Shown here: positions 1 through 8,030 of the stretch, piece by piece
Numbering within the stretch: position 1 is the stretch's first letter
How the letters are laid out: each line of letters starts with the position of its first letter
DNA from: Bacteroidales bacterium
GTDB taxonomy: Bacteria > Bacteroidota > Bacteroidia > Bacteroidales > WCHB1-69
Assembly (NCBI GenBank): GCA_028693085.1
Contig: JAQUWC010000002.1
Location: 6,420 to 70,419, forward strand
Reading direction: 5' to 3'
DNA length: 64,000 bases
Made by a program: the position numbers and the translations under genes
The notes under the pieces: generated by a model
The model's database searches: none
Seen by the model: only the letters and a program-made list of their open reading frames with translations
What the model was told of the DNA's origin: nothing

Positions 1-579
1 TTTTTTTATGTAGGGGTTGAAGTCATAGCCGGCGATACCGTTATTCAATATGGCAAATCATTGGGTATTGGCATTGAATCGGCAAAATACTATACCAGTT
101 TAACTTTAATAGCCATGGTAATCGGATATTTTATCGGCGTTGCTTTGATTCCGAAAGTGATTTCACAACGACATGCTTTGATAGGATGTGCAGTAACAGG
201 TATTATATGTGTGATTTGTGCGTTAAGTGTATCGTCCGAAGTCCAATTTCAATTTCCTTTTATTGACATTACTAGCTTTCGTCCTATCACTATGGTAATT
301 CCATATACCGTTTTTTTTATTACCCTGTTAGGTTTAGCCAATGCGTTGGTATGGCCGATCATCTGGCCGCTCGCTTTGGATGGTCTTGAACAACACACAA
401 AGAAAGCTTCTGCCTTGTTAATTATGGCGATAGCCGGCGGAGCCATCTTACCTTTACTATACGGTCGCTTGGCCGATATGACGAATACCCAACAAGCCTA
501 TTGGATTGCCATTCCTTGTTATATTGTCATTTTGTTTTTTTCGGTCTACGGTTATAAAATCGGCAAAAAAAACATTTAA
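1..579 (+). CDS. MFS sugar permease, FucP/GluP-like; 5' end lies outside the window
   Basis: Frame 1 is open from base 1 (FFYVGVEVIAGDTVIQYGKSLG...) straight into the 61..579 ORF, so the TTG at 61 is an ORF-caller artefact. The product is the C-terminal half of a polytopic permease, with strings (LANALVWPIIWPLAL, AIAGGAILPLLYG) typical of fucose/glucose-galactose MFS transporters. Confidence 0.6.
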   Translation, partial: FFYVGVEVIAGDTVIQYGKSLGIGIESAKYYTSLTLIAMVIGYFIGVALIPKVISQRHALIGCAVTGIICVICALSVSSEVQFQFPFIDITSFRPITMVIPYTVFFITLLGLANALVWPIIWPLALDGLEQHTKKASALLIMAIAGGAILPLLYGRLADMTNTQQAYWIAIPCYIVILFFSVYGYKIGKKNI

Positions 580-727
580 TTTTTTTTGAAAGTATGGGTT
601 TGGCACAATCATTGCACTATAATAAACAAAATTCATTTTACTATTTTTGTGAAAATACCCGCTCTCTTCCCCGAGCGGTATTTTCTTTTTATATACCTTT
701 GTTTCCGCATTAACAAGCTCTGCATAT

Positions 728-1207
728 ATGGATATTATTTTAATTGTCATAGGTATTATTCTTTTAATTGTCGGATTAGTCGGCAGCATTCTACCCATCT
801 TACCCGGCCCTCCCATCGCCTATATAGCCCTTCTTTTATTGCAATTCACACACAAACATCCTTTTTCTACTACTTTTTTGGTTTTATCTGCCGCTGTTAT
901 CATAGTGGTAAGCATTTTGGATTACATAATTCCTACCCTTGGCACAAAAAAATTCGGGGGATCTACCTACGGATCTTGGGGATGTATGATAGGAACCATA
1001 GCAGGCTTATTTTTATTTCCTCCCCTCGGCATCATTATCATGCCCTTTATAGGCGCTTTTATTGGTGAAATGATTTTTGACAATCAACCCCAAAAAGCAT
1101 TAAAAGCTGCATTCGGTTCTTTTCTCGGATTTATTAGCGGTACGCTGATGAAAATTGCGGTTTGCCTGCTTATGATTTTTGCCTTTGTGTGGGGGATGCT
1201 TTCATAG
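728..1207 (+). CDS. DUF456 family small membrane protein
   Basis: Four hydrophobic helices. The N-terminus LIVGLVGSILPILPGPPIAYIALLLL and the FGGSTYGSWG / FIGAFIGE strings match the DUF456 family pattern. Confidence 0.7.
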   Translation: MDIILIVIGIILLIVGLVGSILPILPGPPIAYIALLLLQFTHKHPFSTTFLVLSAAVIIVVSILDYIIPTLGTKKFGGSTYGSWGCMIGTIAGLFLFPPLGIIIMPFIGAFIGEMIFDNQPQKALKAAFGSFLGFISGTLMKIAVCLLMIFAFVWGMLS

Positions 1208-1276
1208 CATGGATAAAAAATAACAGCTAGGAATGCTTGCATTTTCATTCTTCAACCAAGATAAATTATATTTATG

Positions 1277-1284
1277 TATATTTG
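1277..1284 (+). promoter_or_regulatory. Bacteroidota -7 promoter box (TATATTTG, matches TAnnTTTG) for pepD
   Basis: Exact match to the TAnnTTTG consensus, 35 nt upstream of the pepD ATG. Confidence 0.4.
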
Positions 1285-1318
1285 CACTTGAATAATATAA
1301 CCTTTAAATAAAAGCAAT

Positions 1319-2773
1319 ATGAAACACGAAATTTTACAGTTAGAACCGTCTAATGTTTGGAAATATTTTTACGAAATATGTCAGATTCCCCATCCTTCAA
1401 AAAAGGAAGAGAAAATGATACATTATTTAATGGAAGTCGGTAAAAGACTTGGACTAGATACAGAAAAAGATGAAGTAGGCAATGTATTAATCCGCAAGCA
1501 GGCCAGCAAAGGGAAGGAACATATTACCCCTGTCGTGTTTCAAAGTCATATGGATATGGTATGTGAAAAAAATAATGACGTAGCTTTCAATTTCGAAACC
1601 GATGCCATTCAAGCTTACATTGATGGCGAATGGGTCAAAGCCAAAGGAACTACTTTAGGTGCCGATGACGGCATAGGAATGGCCATTGCACTTGCATTAT
1701 TGGAAGACCAAAACCTTGAACACGGTCCTATGGAATGTTTGTTTACCATTGATGAAGAAACGGGATTAACTGGGGCATTTGCATTGGAAGAAAACTGGCT
1801 GAAAGGGAAAATGTTATTAAACCTTGATTCGGAAGATGAAGGTCAATTTTTCATTGGCTGTGCCGGCGGAAAAAGTACTGTTGCCACCATAGAATATAAA
1901 AAAGAAAAACTTCCAGACAATACCACTGCCTTCGAAATTACAGTCAAAGGCTTGAAAGGAGGACACAGCGGCGACGATATCAACAAGAATTTGGGAAATG
2001 CCGTAAAAATCTTAAACCGTATCCTTTACGAAGGTACCTTTAGTTATGATATGAGCATAGCCGATATCCAAGCCGGCAATCTACACAATGCCATTGCCCG
2101 CGAAGGAAAAGCCATCGTACTGATTCCGCATTCGCATAAAGATGATTTTATAAGTTATGTACGTGCTTTTAATCAAATCGTCAAAACCGAATTGAAAGTC
2201 TCCGACCCGGGTGTTGAGATACGCATAGAAGCTTGCAAACAACCTGAATATATCATCGACGAGTATACCCAATGCGATCTGGTTGAAGCGCTGTATGCAT
2301 GCCCACACGGGGTTTTAGCCATGGCACAAGATATTGAAAATTTTGTTGAAACCTCTACGAATTTGGCTTCCGTTAAAATGGATTCCAATAAAATAGTTGT
2401 GATGACGAGTCAACGTTCCTCGGTCGAAAGTAAAAAAGAAGAAGCCTGCAACATGGTTGCTTCTGTATTCGATTTAATGAACGCCGATGTGGAACATAAC
2501 GAAGGTTATCCCGGCTGGACACCCAATCCAAAATCGGAAGTACTGAATATATTGAAGAAAGCTTATCAAAACTTATACCATAAAGAACCTTTGGTGCTTG
2601 CCATTCACGCCGGATTGGAATGCGGACTTATAGGCGAAAAATACCCTGCCATGGATATGATTTCTTATGGTCCTACCCTACGCGGTGTACACTCTCCCGA
2701 CGAACGTTTGTTGATTAAAACCGTCAAAGATGTATGGGATTTAACCGTCGAATTTCTTAGATTGCTGAAATAA
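1319..2773 (+). CDS. pepD: Aminoacyl-histidine dipeptidase (M20 family, PepD / cytosol non-specific dipeptidase)
   Basis: 484 aa. N-terminus LEPSNVWKYFYEICQIPHPSKKE, plus HMDMV, GADDGIGMA and DEETGLTG metal-site motifs characteristic of PepD. Confidence 0.9.
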   Translation: MKHEILQLEPSNVWKYFYEICQIPHPSKKEEKMIHYLMEVGKRLGLDTEKDEVGNVLIRKQASKGKEHITPVVFQSHMDMVCEKNNDVAFNFETDAIQAYIDGEWVKAKGTTLGADDGIGMAIALALLEDQNLEHGPMECLFTIDEETGLTGAFALEENWLKGKMLLNLDSEDEGQFFIGCAGGKSTVATIEYKKEKLPDNTTAFEITVKGLKGGHSGDDINKNLGNAVKILNRILYEGTFSYDMSIADIQAGNLHNAIAREGKAIVLIPHSHKDDFISYVRAFNQIVKTELKVSDPGVEIRIEACKQPEYIIDEYTQCDLVEALYACPHGVLAMAQDIENFVETSTNLASVKMDSNKIVVMTSQRSSVESKKEEACNMVASVFDLMNADVEHNEGYPGWTPNPKSEVLNILKKAYQNLYHKEPLVLAIHAGLECGLIGEKYPAMDMISYGPTLRGVHSPDERLLIKTVKDVWDLTVEFLRLLK

Positions 2774-2945
2774 GTATTGACAGAAAATTGCTGTCCGTAC
2801 CTAATTAATTTTATAGCTAAAATACCTAAGGATACAATCCCGTATAATGATAAACAAAAACTGCACATTTTTACCTTTGTTCTGACTTTGTCATTATACC
2901 ATTCAAACGAAAGGTATAATAATATCATTAATTAATAATCTCAAA

Positions 2946-2953
2946 TAAATTTG
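2946..2953 (+). promoter_or_regulatory. -7 promoter box (TAAATTTG) of the ars operon
   Basis: TAnnTTTG match 63 nt upstream of the ATG at 3016. It places the likely transcription start before the palindrome at 2982-3007. Confidence 0.4.
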
Positions 2954-2981
2954 AATTAATCATGTTATGCTGTGGCACAAT

Positions 2982-3007
2982 TATTGTTCGTAAAATGACG
3001 AACAATA
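2982..3007. promoter_or_regulatory. Perfect inverted repeat TATTGTTCGT-N6-ACGAACAATA, candidate ArsR operator (site 1)
   Basis: 10-bp perfect arms (2982-2991 and 2998-3007) lie between the -7 box and the arsR ATG. The core TGTTCGT-N6-ACGAACA recurs at 3353-3372. Confidence 0.5.
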
Positions 3008-3015
3008 TAATTCAG

Positions 3016-3336
3016 ATGAAAAATAAAAATAATCATAGCGAAGAAGTGTTGATAGCCCGTTTTGCTAAAGCCTTAGGACATCCGACACGCATAGCCATAT
3101 TACAATTTTTAGCCAAACAAGAAAGCTGTTTTTTTGGAGAAATACACGAGGAATTACCTATTGCCAAGGCAACGGTTTCACAGCACTTAAAAGAATTAAA
3201 AGATGCCGGATTGATTCAAGGTGAAATTGAAGGTCCGAAAGTGAAATATTGTATCAATCAAACAAACTGGGAAATAGCTAATAAGGCTTTTAAAAAGTTA
3301 TTCCAAGAATGTAAAATTAAAGATAATTGTTGTTAA
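3016..3336 (+). CDS. arsR: ArsR/SmtB family metalloregulator
   Basis: Winged-helix signature [13 protein letters not shown]...[16 protein letters not shown], with cysteines at ESCFFGE and a C-terminal CC. Start moved from 2962 to the ATG at 3016 because the promoter box and operator palindrome occupy 2946-3007. Confidence 0.85.
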   Translation: MKNKNNHSEEVLIARFAKALGHPTRIAILQFLAKQESCFFGEIHEELPIAKATVSQHLKELKDAGLIQGEIEGPKVKYCINQTNWEIANKAFKKLFQECKIKDNCC

Positions 3337-3352
3337 TATTTTTTAATGTTTA

Positions 3353-3372
3353 TGTTCGTTGTTTTACGAACA
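3353..3372. promoter_or_regulatory. Second copy of the inverted repeat TGTTCGT-N6-ACGAACA (site 2), between arsR and the next gene
   Basis: 7-bp perfect arms with the same 6-nt spacing as site 1. Located in the 68-nt arsR-downstream spacer. Confidence 0.4.
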
Positions 3373-3404
3373 AGCAAATAAAGACAATATAAAAATTAAA
3401 AAAG

Positions 3405-3641
3405 ATGAATATAAAAATTTTAGGAACAGGATGTTCAAAATGTAAAGTACTGTATGAAAATACAGAAAAAGCCATTGCCGAATTAGGCCTGGAGGCTACC
3501 TTAGTAAAAGAAGAAGACATTGTAAACATTTTAAAGTATAACACATTAACCTTGCCGGCACTGGTGATAGATGAAAAAGTGGTTTCGTCCGGACACATAT
3601 TGTCCGTTTCACAGATAAAAGATGTATTAACCAAAAAATAA
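3405..3641 (+). CDS. Small thioredoxin-fold protein (redox-active disulfide protein 2 type, TM0996/MTH895 family); possibly ArsE-like
   Basis: 78 aa with an N-terminal GTGCSKCK CxxC motif and LPALVIDEKVV. This family is a frequent neighbour of COG0701 permeases in ars operons. Confidence 0.75.
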   Translation: MNIKILGTGCSKCKVLYENTEKAIAELGLEATLVKEEDIVNILKYNTLTLPALVIDEKVVSSGHILSVSQIKDVLTKK

Positions 3642-3648
3642 AAGAAAA

Positions 3649-4080
3649 ATGAAAAAAACCGTATTAATGGTAATGACCGCTTTATTTTTACTTTCCTGCA
3701 GTAATAAGAAGCAAGAACAAACCAAGGTAAAAGATGAAATTCAGCAAGATGGCATTGAAGTGCTTTATTTTCATGGGAAACAACGATGTAAATCCTGTGT
3801 CTCCATAGAATTACATACTAAGGAAATGTTGGATACCTATTTTTCCCAAGAAATGAAAGACGGTAGAATTGTTTTTAAAGCAATTGATATTTCATTAAAA
3901 GAAAATGAGTCCATCGCCGATAAATATGAAATTGCTTTTTCATCACTTTTATTGGTAAAACATCAAAATGGAGAAGAAACGGTCAAGAATCTTACCGATT
4001 TCGGGTTTTCCTATGCCTATAAAAATCCGGAAACATTCATAGAAGGATTGAAAGAAGAAATGGATGTTCTGTTAAAATAA
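3649..4080 (+). CDS. Thioredoxin-like lipoprotein with CxxC (ArsF-family-like)
   Basis: Lipoprotein signal (ALFLLSC) followed by IEVLYFHGKQRCKSCVSIE. Paralogous to the 5626..6018 product. Confidence 0.6.
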   Translation: MKKTVLMVMTALFLLSCSNKKQEQTKVKDEIQQDGIEVLYFHGKQRCKSCVSIELHTKEMLDTYFSQEMKDGRIVFKAIDISLKENESIADKYEIAFSSLLLVKHQNGEETVKNLTDFGFSYAYKNPETFIEGLKEEMDVLLK

Positions 4081-4085
4081 ATATC

Positions 4086-4793
4086 ATGGAATATATTCAA
4101 TTGCTATTAGAAAACAATTCGTTACCCGTAGTTGTTGCGTTTTTACTCGGCTTATTGACCGCAATAAGTCCCTGTCCTTTAGCAACCAATATTACAGCTA
4201 TAGGCTTTATAAGTAAAGATATTGAGAACAAAAATCGTATCTTTTGGAATGGAATGTTGTATACATTGGGGAGGGTGATTGTTTATACCGTATTGGGAAT
4301 CATTTTGATTATTATACTTCGGAAAGGGGCAACTGTTTTTCACATACAAAAAGCGATTGCCCATTACGGTGAAATGTTTTTAGCTCCCATATTGATAGGG
4401 ATAGGATTATTTATGCTTTTTAGCCACAAATTAAAATTAAAAGGATTTGGATATAAAGGAGAAGGAAAAAGATTGACAGGGAAAGGAAGTTGGGGAGCAT
4501 TGTTGTTGGGGATGCTATTTGCTATGGCTTTTTGTCCGACCAGTGCCATTTTCTATTTCGGCATGCTCATCCCCATGTCGGTAACTTGCAGCGGAGGTTT
4601 TTTTATGCCGGTAATCTTTGCCATCGGAACCGGATTACCCGTAATAATTGTGGCTTGGATATTATCTTACAGTGTTTCAAGTATCGGCAATTTTTACAAC
4701 AAAATACAAAGTTTTGAAAAGTGGTTTCGATACATTGTGGCAGGTTTATTTATCCTGGTAGGAATTTATTATGCTATCATGTTTTATCTATAA
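4086..4793 (+). CDS. CcdA/DsbD-like transmembrane thiol-disulfide electron transporter (the family NCBI labels ArsG-like)
   Basis: 235 aa with about 6 TM helices. Cysteines are embedded in the helices ISPCPLATN and AFCPTSAIFYF, the arrangement seen in CcdA/DsbD-beta. Confidence 0.65.
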   Translation: MEYIQLLLENNSLPVVVAFLLGLLTAISPCPLATNITAIGFISKDIENKNRIFWNGMLYTLGRVIVYTVLGIILIIILRKGATVFHIQKAIAHYGEMFLAPILIGIGLFMLFSHKLKLKGFGYKGEGKRLTGKGSWGALLLGMLFAMAFCPTSAIFYFGMLIPMSVTCSGGFFMPVIFAIGTGLPVIIVAWILSYSVSSIGNFYNKIQSFEKWFRYIVAGLFILVGIYYAIMFYL

Positions 4794-4804
4794 ATAATAT
4801 ACAA

Positions 4805-5605
4805 ATGAAAAACGAAGATTTAAAAAAGATTGTAAAAGAAAAGTACGGTGAAATAGCCGAACAAAGTAAAACGCAAAACGAAACATCCTGTTGCGGTGCG
4901 TCCTGTTGTTGCGGAACAGACTATACGGTTTTCAGTGAAAGCTACAGTCATATAAAAGGTTATAACAGCGATGCCGATTTAGGCTTAGGATGCGGACTCC
5001 CCACCGAATTTGCACAAATCAAAACCGGTGATACGGTAGTTGATTTAGGCTCCGGTGCCGGAAACGATTGTTTTGTTGCTCGTGCTCTTACCGGAGATTC
5101 CGGGAAAGTTATCGGCATTGATATGACCGAGGCTATGGTAAAAAAAGCAACAGAAAATGCTGCTAAACTTGGGTTTAAAAACATTTCTTTTGTATTAGGC
5201 GATATTGAAAACATGCCCGTTGAGGATAATACAGCCAATGTGGTTATCAGTAATTGTGTATTAAATTTAGTGCCCGATAAAGAAAAAGCTTTCCGTGAAA
5301 TATACCGAATTTTAAAAACGGGAGGACATTTGTCGGTTTCTGATGTGGTGATAAAGGGAAGCTTACCCGACGGATTAAAAAATGCTGTCGAAATGTATGC
5401 CGGATGTGTTTCCGGAGCTATTCAAACGGATGACTATCTTTCCATCATGGAAAAAGTCGGATTAAAAAACATACGTATTCAAAAAACAAAAGCTATAGAT
5501 ATCCCCGATGATATTTTGTTGAAATACATATCGGAAAAGGAGATTCTATCCTTTAAACAAAGTCAAAACGGTATTTATAGTATTACGGTATATGCCCAAA
5601 AATAA
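4805..5605 (+). CDS. arsM: Arsenite S-adenosylmethionine methyltransferase
   Basis: N-terminal Cys cluster SCCGASCCCG, SAM-binding VVDLGSGAGNDCF, and the conserved ArsM cysteines in GLGCGLP, ISNCVLNL and YAGCVSGA. Start moved from 4721 to the ATG at 4805, because the upstream extension overlaps the preceding gene. Confidence 0.9.
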   Translation: MKNEDLKKIVKEKYGEIAEQSKTQNETSCCGASCCCGTDYTVFSESYSHIKGYNSDADLGLGCGLPTEFAQIKTGDTVVDLGSGAGNDCFVARALTGDSGKVIGIDMTEAMVKKATENAAKLGFKNISFVLGDIENMPVEDNTANVVISNCVLNLVPDKEKAFREIYRILKTGGHLSVSDVVIKGSLPDGLKNAVEMYAGCVSGAIQTDDYLSIMEKVGLKNIRIQKTKAIDIPDDILLKYISEKEILSFKQSQNGIYSITVYAQK

Positions 5606-5625
5606 TCATTTAATAAAAATTTTTT

Positions 5626-6018
5626 ATGAAGAAGTTACAGGTCCTTTTCATCTTAGTAATGTTAACTACAGGAGCCATGGCTCAAAGCGGTAGTAAAAAA
5701 ATTGAAGTATTGTATTTCAAAGCTAATTTATCTTGTTGTCAAGCCAGAGCATGCCAAAATCTGGAAAAAGTAACCAAAGAAATTATTACCAATAATTTCC
5801 CTAACAATGAGGTGGTCTTTAAAACGGTAGCCTTAACCGATGAAGCCAATAAAGAATTAGTAGATACCTACAATGCTAAATCGCAAACTCTTATCATTCT
5901 TAACAATAAGAAAAAAAAATTCGTTAATCTTTCCGCTGCATTAGCAAAATATGCAAGAGACAACGACAAAACTGCCTATGAAAAAGAACTTATAGCCAAT
6001 ATCAAAAAATTGAAATAG
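5626..6018 (+). CDS. Secreted thioredoxin-like protein, divergent paralogue of the 3649..4080 product
   Basis: Type I signal peptide (GAMAQ). IEVLYFKANLSCCQARACQNLE aligns by eye with IEVLYFHGKQRCKSCVSIE, and the VVFKTV / IVFKAI and LIIL / LLLV blocks are retained. Confidence 0.5.
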   Translation: MKKLQVLFILVMLTTGAMAQSGSKKIEVLYFKANLSCCQARACQNLEKVTKEIITNNFPNNEVVFKTVALTDEANKELVDTYNAKSQTLIILNNKKKKFVNLSAALAKYARDNDKTAYEKELIANIKKLK

Positions 6019-6035
6019 GGAAAACAACTTAAAAC

Positions 6036-7358
6036 ATGGAATTAAAAAAGGAAATTAAAATCCTGTTTTGGATAGTCCTTGTATTTTTAGGGATATTTTT
6101 TCTACCGATTCAAAGTCCGGTATTTAATACTGCTGTGGATGCAACCTTCGATTTAGCCAAATGGTATGCACGCGAACATGTGGTTTTGTGCTTATTGCCG
6201 GCATTTTTGATCGCAGGGGTAATATCGATATTTGTCAGCCAGGCATCGGTAATCAAATATTTCGGAGCAAAAGCTAAAAAGTGGGTAGCCTATACGGTGG
6301 CTGCCGTTTCGGGAACTATATTGGCGGTATGTTCTTGCACTATATTACCTTTGTTTTCAAGCATACACAAGCGAGGAGCCGGATTAGGACCTGCCATTGC
6401 CTTCCTTTATTCCGGTCCGGCTATTAACATATTAGCCATTATATTAACAGCTCGTATATTAGGCTTTGAAATGGGAGTGGCTCGTGTCATAGGAGCTGTA
6501 TTCTTTAGTGTAATTATCGGTTTAATCATGGCATTCATTTATCGCAAGGAAGAAAAAATAAAAGCGGAAGAACAAATGAATTTTCCGGATGTACCCGAGA
6601 AACGTCCCATTTGGCAAACAATGATACACTTCTTTACTTTGGTGTTGATATTGGTTTTTGCTAATTGGGGAAACCCTTCTGCAGAAGATACGTCAAGTCT
6701 ATGGTTTTATATTTGGTCTTATAAATGGTATATAACGGGAGCCTTTGGTTTGGTGTTGGTATATTCAATGATATATATCTTAAAACTTAAACCTTGGCAT
6801 GTGTTAACCGGAGCTGCTTTGACAGCATTGAGTGCTTTTCTATTTGGCAATCCAATGATTAGCATAGTAATAGCTATTACTGCCGTGAGTGTGATTTCTT
6901 TATTGGATAAAAAAGAAGAAAACGACAACAAAGCATGGATACTCTCCTCCTGGGGTTTTACCAAACAAATCGTTCCTTTATTGGCTATAGGTGTTGTCAT
7001 TGCGGGATTTCTGTTAGGTTCCACCCATGATAACACTTCTATTGCCGGTGTAATTCCCAATGCATGGATTAGTGCATTGGTAGGAGGTAATTCAATATTT
7101 TCTAATTTCTTTGCCTCTATAGTAGGGGCTTTTATGTATTTTGCCACTTTAACAGAAGTTCCCATTATACAAGGCTTATTGGCATCAGGAATGGGTAAAG
7201 GTCCTGCTTTGGCATTATTATTGGCAGGTCCCTCCTTGTCGTTACCTAATATGTTAGTGATACGTGGAATTATGGGTACACAAAAAACAATCGTATATAC
7301 CCTTTTAGTTATTTTATTATCGACAATAGCCGGATTAATTTTCGGTTACATTGTATAA
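6036..7358 (+). CDS. COG0701/DUF318 permease, ArsP-like (putative organoarsenical efflux permease)
   Basis: 440-aa polytopic protein with an intramembrane AVCSCTILPLF cysteine pair, plus LYSGPAINILAI and LLAGPSLSLPNM repeat-half motifs typical of this permease family. Confidence 0.7.
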   Translation: MELKKEIKILFWIVLVFLGIFFLPIQSPVFNTAVDATFDLAKWYAREHVVLCLLPAFLIAGVISIFVSQASVIKYFGAKAKKWVAYTVAAVSGTILAVCSCTILPLFSSIHKRGAGLGPAIAFLYSGPAINILAIILTARILGFEMGVARVIGAVFFSVIIGLIMAFIYRKEEKIKAEEQMNFPDVPEKRPIWQTMIHFFTLVLILVFANWGNPSAEDTSSLWFYIWSYKWYITGAFGLVLVYSMIYILKLKPWHVLTGAALTALSAFLFGNPMISIVIAITAVSVISLLDKKEENDNKAWILSSWGFTKQIVPLLAIGVVIAGFLLGSTHDNTSIAGVIPNAWISALVGGNSIFSNFFASIVGAFMYFATLTEVPIIQGLLASGMGKGPALALLLAGPSLSLPNMLVIRGIMGTQKTIVYTLLVILLSTIAGLIFGYIV

Positions 7359-7377
7359 AAATAAATAAGCTAATCCT

Positions 7378-7791
7378 ATGAAAATACTTATTTTATGTAC
7401 AGGTAACAGTTGCCGCAGTCAAATGGCACAAGGCTTTTTACAATCCTTTGATAAAAATCTGGAGGTGCATTCGGCAGGTACCCATCCTGAAAAACAAGTC
7501 AATCCCAATGCGGTGAAAGTTATGGCTGAACTCGGAATCGACATTTCTCATCATGTACCGAAAAATGTGGCTATGTATACAGGAGAATCATGGGATTATG
7601 TAATTACCGTTTGTGATAATGCCAAGGAAAGTTGTCCGGTTTTTATAGGAGAAGTAAAACATCGTTTACACGTGGGATTTGAAGACCCAGCTAAAGCAAA
7701 GGGTGAAGCCGAATATGTATTGAATGTATATCGAAAAATCAGAGATAAAATCAAGCATACATTCTCTGAATTTGCAATATCTATCCTTTAA
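7378..7791 (+). CDS. arsC: Arsenate reductase, LMW-PTP (thioredoxin-coupled) type
   Basis: P-loop ILCTGNSCRSQMA, VITVCDNAKESCP and FEDP, which is the Cys10/82/89-type arrangement. Confidence 0.9.
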   Translation: MKILILCTGNSCRSQMAQGFLQSFDKNLEVHSAGTHPEKQVNPNAVKVMAELGIDISHHVPKNVAMYTGESWDYVITVCDNAKESCPVFIGEVKHRLHVGFEDPAKAKGEAEYVLNVYRKIRDKIKHTFSEFAISIL

Positions 7792-7984
7792 CTATACGCG
7801 TATATAATCAAAGATCACCGGCGAACATTCATACATTATTTACCTATTCTTTTTTTTCTATTCATTCAAAAATTAGCAAAATATTATACTTTTATGTGGC
7901 TGTGTAATAAGCGGATTCAAAATAATTTCAATAAAAAATACTTAATTAACTCATAAAAAAATTGTATAATAAAAAAATAAAGAT

Positions 7985-7992
7985 TACCTTTG
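7985..7992 (+). promoter_or_regulatory. -7 promoter box (TACCTTTG) for the NifX-Trx / MarR / CoADR unit
   Basis: TAnnTTTG match 39 nt upstream of the ATG at 8031, within a 240-bp spacer after arsC. Confidence 0.4.
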
Positions 7993-8030
7993 CGCCGTTA
8001 TTTGGAAAATTCAAAACTAAACTATTCAAC

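Noticed and set aside
249-816. Antisense and alternative-frame ORFs inside or next to the MFS gene (249..446 -, 457..816 -, 586..1068 +)
   Set aside because: They overlap better-supported genes or span intergenic AT-rich DNA, have low-complexity or odd composition, and show no recognisable motifs. The same reasoning applies to the many 60-160 aa shadow ORFs nested in larger genes throughout the track (for example 2081..2308, 4960..5238, 6719..7165, 9478..9816, 10809..11135, 27059..27532, 43695..44027 and 57780..58169).
2962-3015. Upstream start codons offered by the ORF track for arsR (2962), arsM (4721), the NifX-Trx gene (7962), 12535, 13809, 19687, 27784 and 53926
   Set aside because: The N-terminal extensions run through promoter boxes, an operator palindrome or the preceding gene. 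They encode non-conserved-looking peptides placed in front of obvious signal peptides or family N-termini. Internal ATGs were preferred.
5911-5919. A9 homopolymer inside the 130-aa thioredoxin-like paralogue (encodes KKKK) as a possible slipped-strand phase-variation tract
   Set aside because: Lysine runs encoded by poly-A are common in AT-rich genomes. The tract is near the length threshold, and there is no evidence of length variation from a single sequence.
7793-7804. Perfect 12-bp palindrome TATACGCGTATA immediately after the arsC stop
   Set aside because: It is short with no loop, so it cannot act as a terminator hairpin. It occurs only once and there is no adjacent T-tract. It is plausibly chance in AT-rich DNA.
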